Positions 26,783-32,000 of a stretch of DNA of 32,000 nucleotides are shown piece after piece. Below the pieces are notes generated by a model, which was given only the letters and a program-made list of their open reading frames with translations, was not told the DNA's origin and ran no database searches. The position numbers and the translations under genes were made by a program. How positions within the stretch are numbered: the first letter of the stretch is position 1; each line of letters begins with the position of its first letter. Source of the stretch: Pseudidiomarina andamanensis (GTDB lineage: Bacteria > Pseudomonadota > Gammaproteobacteria > Enterobacterales > Alteromonadaceae); assembly GCF_009734345.1 (NCBI RefSeq), contig NZ_CP032551.1, forward strand, positions 540,001 to 572,000, written 5' to 3'.

Positions 26783-28183
26783 TTAGAAATCGGCAGTCTT
26801 TGGTGCACGAGGGAATGGAATGACATCACGGATGTTGCCCATTCCTGTGACATAAGTCACTAAACGCTCAAAGCCAAGCCCGAATCCCGCGTGCGGTACG
26901 GTACCGTAACGACGTAAATCACGGTACCAGCCATAATCTTCAGTAGGCAAACCAAGTTCATGCATACGTGCATCAAGGCGCTCTAAACGCTCTTCGCGGG
27001 CACTACCGCCGATGATCTCACCAATACCTGGTGCTAATACATCCATCGCAGCAACCGTTTTGCCGTCGTCATTTTGGCGCATATAGAAGGCTTTAATATC
27101 TTTCGGATAGTTTTTCAGAACAATCGGCGCGCCAACATGTTCTTCAGCTAAATAGCGTTCATGTTCAGACTGCAAATCTGTACCCCATTCAACTGGGTAT
27201 TCAAATTTCTTACCGCAGTTTTGCAGAATTTCGACAGCATCGGTGTAGTCCATATGCACGAATTTGTTGCTGACGACATGGTTGAGCCTGTCAAGTACAC
27301 CTTTATCAACACGCTGTTGGAAAAAGGCCATATCGTCAGCGCGTTCTTCAAGCACCGCATTGATACAGTACTTCAGCATGTCTTCTGCTAAGTAAGCGAT
27401 GTCGTTCAAATCCGCGAAGGCGACTTCTGGTTCTACCATCCAAAACTCAGCCAAGTGGCGGCTGGTGTTCGAGTTTTCGGCACGGAAAGTTGGGCCAAAA
27501 GTATAAATTTTTGAAAGTGCACAAGCGTAGGTTTCGCCATTTAATTGACCAGAAACCGTCAAAAATGCTTCTTTTCCAAAAAAGTCTTTGCTGAAATCAA
27601 CTGTGCCGTTATCTGTGTGCGGCAGGTTCATCAAATCCAGCGTAGACACGCGGAACATTTCGCCCGCACCTTCGGCATCCGAAGCGGTAATGATAGGGGT
27701 TGCCACCCACAGATAGCCTCGCTCATGGAAAAATCGATGAAGTGCTTGCGATAAGCAGTTACGTACGCGCATGACAGCACCGGTAATATTGGTGCGTGGG
27801 CGCAGGTGAGCAAATTCACGCAAGTATTCCATTGAATGCGGCTTTGGTGACATTGGGTAGGTGTCAGGATCTTCAACAAAGCCGTACACGTGAACCGCAG
27901 TGGCTTGAATTTCGAAGCTTTGACCTTTACCTGCGTTTTCAGCCACCGTTCCGGTGATCGCCACGCTGCAGCCAGTGGTTAGTTTGAGAACCTCATTGTC
28001 ATAATTGTCGAGATTATTCGGTACGACCGCCTGAATAGCGTCAAAACACGAACCATCATGCACGTTGATAAATGAAATGCCTGCTTTTGAATCACGACGG
28101 GTACGAACCCAACCGCGTACAGTTACTTCATCACCAACGGCAACTTTTCCCGATAAAACATCGACAATTGTAGCGAAGGACAT
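26783..28183 (-). CDS. asnS: asparaginyl-tRNA synthetase
   Basis: 466 aa. N-terminal OB anticodon-binding domain ([26 protein letters not shown]) plus class II motifs ([30 protein letters not shown]). Confidence 0.95.
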   Translation of the reverse strand: MSFATIVDVLSGKVAVGDEVTVRGWVRTRRDSKAGISFINVHDGSCFDAIQAVVPNNLDNYDNEVLKLTTGCSVAITGTVAENAGKGQSFEIQATAVHVYGFVEDPDTYPMSPKPHSMEYLREFAHLRPRTNITGAVMRVRNCLSQALHRFFHERGYLWVATPIITASDAEGAGEMFRVSTLDLMNLPHTDNGTVDFSKDFFGKEAFLTVSGQLNGETYACALSKIYTFGPTFRAENSNTSRHLAEFWMVEPEVAFADLNDIAYLAEDMLKYCINAVLEERADDMAFFQQRVDKGVLDRLNHVVSNKFVHMDYTDAVEILQNCGKKFEYPVEWGTDLQSEHERYLAEEHVGAPIVLKNYPKDIKAFYMRQNDDGKTVAAMDVLAPGIGEIIGGSAREERLERLDARMHELGLPTEDYGWYRDLRRYGTVPHAGFGLGFERLVTYVTGMGNIRDVIPFPRAPKTADF

Positions 28184-28266
28184 GGGCCTACAAACTCCGT
28201 TAGTTAAGGTATAAGAATAAAATAGGCTGATATGTTACCTTGCTTTGCGCCAGACTCAAGCGAAAA

Positions 28267-29550
28267 TCACACTGAAGCCGCCAGTAAACACATGCTATGA
28301 GTAATTTTGCTCAGCTGATCGGGACGAATGACAAACGGTGGCATCACATAAATTAACTTGCCAAACGGGCGAATCCATACGCCGTGTTGAACACATAAAC
28401 GTTGTGCGGCTGCAACATCAACGGCATGTTTCATCTCGATGACGCCAATGGCACCAAAACAGCGCACGTCGGCTACGTTCGGTAGTTGTCGTGCAGATTC
28501 AAGTTCCGCTTGAAGCTGCGCGTTAATGTTATGAATGCGCTGTTGCCATGGGCTATCTAGCAGAACATCAATACTGGCACAGGCAATGGCACAGGCGAGG
28601 GGATTGCCCATAAAGGTTGGGCCATGCATAAATGCACCACCCGCAGGACCTCGACTGATAGTCTCGGCGATATCATCGCTGCATAGCACTGCAGCTTGCG
28701 TGAGATAACCACCGGTTAATGCTTTGCCGAGGCACATAATATCTGGCGTTACGTTGGCGTGCTCACAGGCAAATAACTTGCCGGTTCGACCAAAGCCGGT
28801 AGCAATCTCATCCGCAATCAATAGCACATTGTATTGGTCGCATAATTCACGTGCCCCACGCAGATATTCCGGGTGATAAAACCGCATCCCACCAGCGCCT
28901 TGCACGATTGGCTCCAAAATCAAAGCCGCTAACTCGTGTTGATGCTGCTCAAGGAGTTGTTCCAGTGGGACTAAATAATCAGGCTGCCACGGTTGTTCGG
29001 GCGCGATATTCGGAATAGGGGCAAAGAGTTGCTCTCTGAGGCTACCTTTAAATAAGCTATGCATGCCATTGACGGGGTCGCAAACCGACATCGCGGCAAA
29101 GGTATCACCGTGATACCCGCCGCGAATGGTCGCCATTCTGTTCTTTTGTGGAAGATCGCGACTAAACCAGTATTGCACGGCCATTTTAATCGCAACTTCA
29201 ATGGAAACTGAGCCTGAATCGGCAAGAAAAACGCGATTTAACCCTTCAGGTGTTAACTCAACGAGCTTTTGCGATAATCGAATTGCTGGTTCATGGGTGA
29301 TACCGCCAAACATCACGTGACTCATCTTTGTCATTTGTTCAATCGCGGCTTGGTTTAAATGCGGGTGGTTGTAACCATGAATAGCGGCCCACCAAGACGA
29401 CATGCCATCAATCAGTCGCGTGCCATCGTTAAGAATCAATTCGCAGCCTTCAGCCGCAACAACCGGATACACCGGTAGCGGTTCATGAAAGGAAGTATAA
29501 GGGTGCCAAATGTGTCGGCGATCAAATTGCAAGTCGCTATTTGTGATCAT
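28267..29550 (-). CDS. bioA: adenosylmethionine-8-amino-7-oxononanoate aminotransferase
   Basis: [30 protein letters not shown] and [18 protein letters not shown] blocks closely parallel E. coli BioA. It is divergent from bioB. Confidence 0.95.
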   Translation of the reverse strand: MITNSDLQFDRRHIWHPYTSFHEPLPVYPVVAAEGCELILNDGTRLIDGMSSWWAAIHGYNHPHLNQAAIEQMTKMSHVMFGGITHEPAIRLSQKLVELTPEGLNRVFLADSGSVSIEVAIKMAVQYWFSRDLPQKNRMATIRGGYHGDTFAAMSVCDPVNGMHSLFKGSLREQLFAPIPNIAPEQPWQPDYLVPLEQLLEQHQHELAALILEPIVQGAGGMRFYHPEYLRGARELCDQYNVLLIADEIATGFGRTGKLFACEHANVTPDIMCLGKALTGGYLTQAAVLCSDDIAETISRGPAGGAFMHGPTFMGNPLACAIACASIDVLLDSPWQQRIHNINAQLQAELESARQLPNVADVRCFGAIGVIEMKHAVDVAAAQRLCVQHGVWIRPFGKLIYVMPPFVIRPDQLSKITHSMCLLAASV

Positions 29551-29568
29551 TGATTAAATAATAACCGT

Positions 29569-29601
29569 TTGTAATTTTCTAGAGGTAAATAAAGTTGACA
29601 G
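29569..29601. promoter_or_regulatory. candidate BirA operator (bioO) overlapping a TTGACA -35 box for bioB
   Basis: Imperfect inverted repeat TTGTAATTT (29569-29577), 15 nt, AGTTGACAG (29593-29601). Each half matches about 6/9 of the remembered gammaproteobacterial consensus TTGTAAACC-N14-16-GGTTTACAA. It lies in the divergent bioA/bioB spacer. TTGACA (29595-29600) plus 16 nt plus TACCCT is a possible bioB promoter. Confidence 0.4.
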
Positions 29602-29671
29602 TCTAGGTAAACTCCGTACCCTGTGCAATATCAAATCACTATTTTTAAACGTTGTATCCAAGGATCTAACT

Positions 29672-30712
29672 ATGTCGGCTGTCATTCGCCATGACTGGCA
29701 ACTCAATGAAATTGAGGCCCTTTTCGCGTTACCTTTTAATGATCTATTGTTTCAAGCGCAGCAAGTTCATCGTCAAAACTTTGATGCTAATGCGGTACAG
29801 GTGAGTACGTTGTTGTCGATTAAAACCGGTGCTTGCCCAGAAGACTGTAAATACTGCCCACAGAGTGCGCATTATCGTACCGACGTAGACAAAGAGCGGT
29901 TAATGGCCGTTGAAAAGGTTCTTGAAGAGGCGCGTGCAGCGAAAGAGCAAGGCGCAAGTCGTTTCTGTATGGGCGCCGCATGGCGTAATCCCAAAGACCG
30001 CGACATGCCCTATGTCATTGAAATGGTAAAAGGCGTAAAAGAGCTCGGGCTAGAAACCTGTATGACGCTTGGCATGTTGAGCCCGCAACAAGCTCAGGCG
30101 CTGAAACAAGCTGGTCTCGATTATTACAACCATAACCTTGATACGTCACCAGAATTCTATGGCGAGATTATTTCCACTCGTACCTACGCAGATAGATTGT
30201 CGACGCTACAGAATGTCCGTGATGCGGGCATGAAAGTGTGTGCTGGTGGTATTGTTGGTATGGGCGAAAGCCGTCGTGACCGTGCTGGCTTGTTGGCACA
30301 ATTAGCTAATTTACCGCAACACCCGGAAAGTGTGCCAGTAAACATGTTAGTTAAAGTGCAGGGAACGCCATTTGCCGAGCTCGATGACCTCGATCCGTTT
30401 GAATTTGTCCGCACCATTGCTGTGGCGAGAATTCTAATGCCACAAAGTTTTGTACGTTTGTCGGCTGGTCGTGAAACCATGAATGACCAATTGCAAGCGT
30501 TGTGTTTTATGGCGGGCGCGAATTCGATTTTTTATGGCGAACGTCTACTTACCACTGCCAATCCAGAAACTAATCGCGATTTAGCCTTATTTGAGCGGCT
30601 CGGGCTAAAGCCTTTGGCACACGAAGATTACAGTGATGATGTTCATGAAGCGGTGATTTCCGACGCTGTCGCTGAACAGCAGCAACCTGTGCGTTATTAC
30701 GAAGTCAGCTGA
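29672..30712 (+). CDS. bioB: biotin synthase
   Basis: Radical-SAM [10 protein letters not shown] motif and [13 protein letters not shown] context near-identical to E. coli BioB. AAGGA RBS. Confidence 0.97.
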   Translation: MSAVIRHDWQLNEIEALFALPFNDLLFQAQQVHRQNFDANAVQVSTLLSIKTGACPEDCKYCPQSAHYRTDVDKERLMAVEKVLEEARAAKEQGASRFCMGAAWRNPKDRDMPYVIEMVKGVKELGLETCMTLGMLSPQQAQALKQAGLDYYNHNLDTSPEFYGEIISTRTYADRLSTLQNVRDAGMKVCAGGIVGMGESRRDRAGLLAQLANLPQHPESVPVNMLVKVQGTPFAELDDLDPFEFVRTIAVARILMPQSFVRLSAGRETMNDQLQALCFMAGANSIFYGERLLTTANPETNRDLALFERLGLKPLAHEDYSDDVHEAVISDAVAEQQQPVRYYEVS

Positions 30713-30729
30713 GTAGGTGCGTTGAGCTT

Positions 30730-31860
30730 ATGCACATTGCGAGTCAGCTCTCATCTCAACTTGACCAATTGCGTCAGCAGCATCGATACCGAACGCTGAC
30801 GCAACGCCAATCGAGTCACGAGCAATTCGGGAACAATGATTACCTTGGGCTATCTTTACACCCAAAAGTTAAAGCTGCGTATGCCGAAGGCATTCAACAA
30901 TTTGGCACTAGCAGCGGTGCTTCGCCGTTAGTGAGTGGCTATCAAGCACCGCATGCGTATTTGCGTGAACAATTGGCAATGTGGTTGGGACGCGAAGATG
31001 CCTTACTGTTTAGTAGCGGGTTCGCCGCAAACCAATGCGTTATGCAAGCATTGGCACCAATGTATCAACGTATCGTACTAGACAAACTAAGTCATGCTTC
31101 ACTGATTGATGGGGTACGGCATTTCGAGCATTGGAAGCGGTTTCGTCATAATGACGTGACTCACGCGGCGCAGTTGTTGTTGCCAAACGAAGCGAATTTA
31201 CTAGTCACCGAGAGCGTTTTTAGTATGGATGGAGATAGTGCACCATTAACCGATTTCGCGCAGCTCCAAGCTGATTTATGGGTTGATGATGCACACGGCA
31301 TTGGTGTTGTTGGTAACAATGGTCGTGGCGCGGCTGAACAGTTAAGCGTAACGCAAGCACCACTACTAACCATTACCTTTGGCAAGGGGTTAGGCGTGAT
31401 GGGAGCTGCCATTGTGGGCTCATCGCTACTGATCGATTATTTAACGAATCATGCGCGCGAATTTATTTATTCAACGGCAATGCCAGCCGCTCAAGCGCTG
31501 GCCGTAAGTGCTGCGGTTGATGTTGTGGCAAGCCCAGAAGGCGCGGCACTGCGCCAGCGCTTAAACGATACCATTCACTATTTTCGTGAATGCTGTCGAG
31601 AACATGGCTTAAAGATAGGCGATGATCATCACGCCATTCAAACACTAATTGTTGGTGACGATGCAAAAGCGATGGCATGGGGGCACGCGCTAATGACACA
31701 CGGTATCCACTGTGGCGTGATTCGTCCTCCAACAGTGCCGAATGGCAGCGCACGACTGCGCATAACTATTGCTGCAACGCATTCCAAAGCTCAGATTGAT
31801 AACCTCATTGCTGCTTTAATAGCAACTCGAGAATCAGTTGAACGGGCAGAGTTAACGTGA
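30730..31860 (+). CDS. bioF: 8-amino-7-oxononanoate synthase
   Basis: NDYLGLS, SMDGD, DDAHG and PLP-lysine block TFGKGLGVMGAA. It follows bioB. Confidence 0.92.
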   Translation: MHIASQLSSQLDQLRQQHRYRTLTQRQSSHEQFGNNDYLGLSLHPKVKAAYAEGIQQFGTSSGASPLVSGYQAPHAYLREQLAMWLGREDALLFSSGFAANQCVMQALAPMYQRIVLDKLSHASLIDGVRHFEHWKRFRHNDVTHAAQLLLPNEANLLVTESVFSMDGDSAPLTDFAQLQADLWVDDAHGIGVVGNNGRGAAEQLSVTQAPLLTITFGKGLGVMGAAIVGSSLLIDYLTNHAREFIYSTAMPAAQALAVSAAVDVVASPEGAALRQRLNDTIHYFRECCREHGLKIGDDHHAIQTLIVGDDAKAMAWGHALMTHGIHCGVIRPPTVPNGSARLRITIAATHSKAQIDNLIAALIATRESVERAELT

Positions 31861-32000
31861 TGATTTCTGTACATACGCTTGAAAAGCCGGAACACAAGCA
31901 AAAGATCGCAGCGCATTTTAGCCGAGCTGCGCAATCTTATCAGCACCATAATGGCCTGCAGCGTTGGTGTGCGAAACGATTGCTTAATTGGTTACCAGCA
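31860..32000 (+). CDS. bioC: malonyl-ACP O-methyltransferase BioC, N-terminal 47 codons (runs off the right edge)
   Basis: ATG at 31860 overlaps the bioF TGA by 1 nt. The translation MISVHTLEKPEHKQKIAAHFSRAAQSYQHHNGLQRWCAKRLL parallels the E. coli BioC start ([23 protein letters not shown]). It is not in the ORF track because it is truncated. Confidence 0.8.
   Translation, partial: MISVHTLEKPEHKQKIAAHFSRAAQSYQHHNGLQRWCAKRLLNWLPA

Noticed and set aside
1-32000. Search for an accessory or novel system: defence islands, toxin-antitoxin pairs, CRISPR repeats, IS elements, integrases, tRNA-flanked insertions, long direct or inverted repeats, or abrupt compositional shifts.
   Set aside because: Every ORF of appreciable size is accounted for by a conserved housekeeping or metabolic family, in gene order familiar from E. 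coli, Vibrio and Pseudomonas. No regularly spaced repeats, no terminal inverted repeats and no obvious base-composition break were seen by eye. I therefore do not claim a novel system in this window.

Overview
This window reads as conserved chromosomal backbone of a gammaproteobacterium, not an accessory island. Gene order resembles the rne-to-tatD core region remembered from E. coli, Vibrio and Pseudomonas. Left to right: a tyrosine/homogentisate catabolic operon (hppD 3' part, hmgA, FAH-family hydrolase, maiA); a monocistronic secreted S9 peptidase bracketed by terminators; RNase E (minus strand) with a 549-nt ORF-free leader region shared divergently with rluC; rluC-HAD phosphatase-maf; yceD-rpmF-plsX-fabH-fabD-fabG-acpP; pabC-mltG-tmk-holB-pilZ-tatD; a minus-strand sppA-ansA-NSS transporter unit; ydjA; asnS; and the divergent biotin locus bioA / bioB-bioF-bioC (bioC cut by the window end). 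I support 31 protein genes. One of them, rpmF (56 aa), is missing from the supplied ORF track. Several ORF-track starts are probably N-terminal over-extensions on TTG/GTG codons. I saw no tRNA, rRNA, CRISPR array, IS/transposase, integrase, phage gene or recognisable defence module. I do not find convincing evidence for a novel multi-gene system, and I prefer to say so. The points worth a second look are small-scale. (1) fabF is missing between acpP and pabC, and the acpP terminator runs directly into the pabC start codon. (2) rluC and yceD share a nearly identical promoter-like architecture (-10, 9-nt GC-rich block CGCGCCCT, ATG) with no Shine-Dalgarno sequence, which suggests leaderless, stringent-type transcripts. 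(3) The long rne leader has a hairpin covering the ribosome-binding region. (4) The low-complexity RNase E scaffold domain has several Arg-rich and acidic repeat segments. (5) The rne-rluC-HAD-maf neighbourhood could be a modified-nucleotide clean-up module. (6) A structured, ORF-free 3' region follows tatD. All functional calls come from reading motifs and synteny by eye; no alignment or database search was run.
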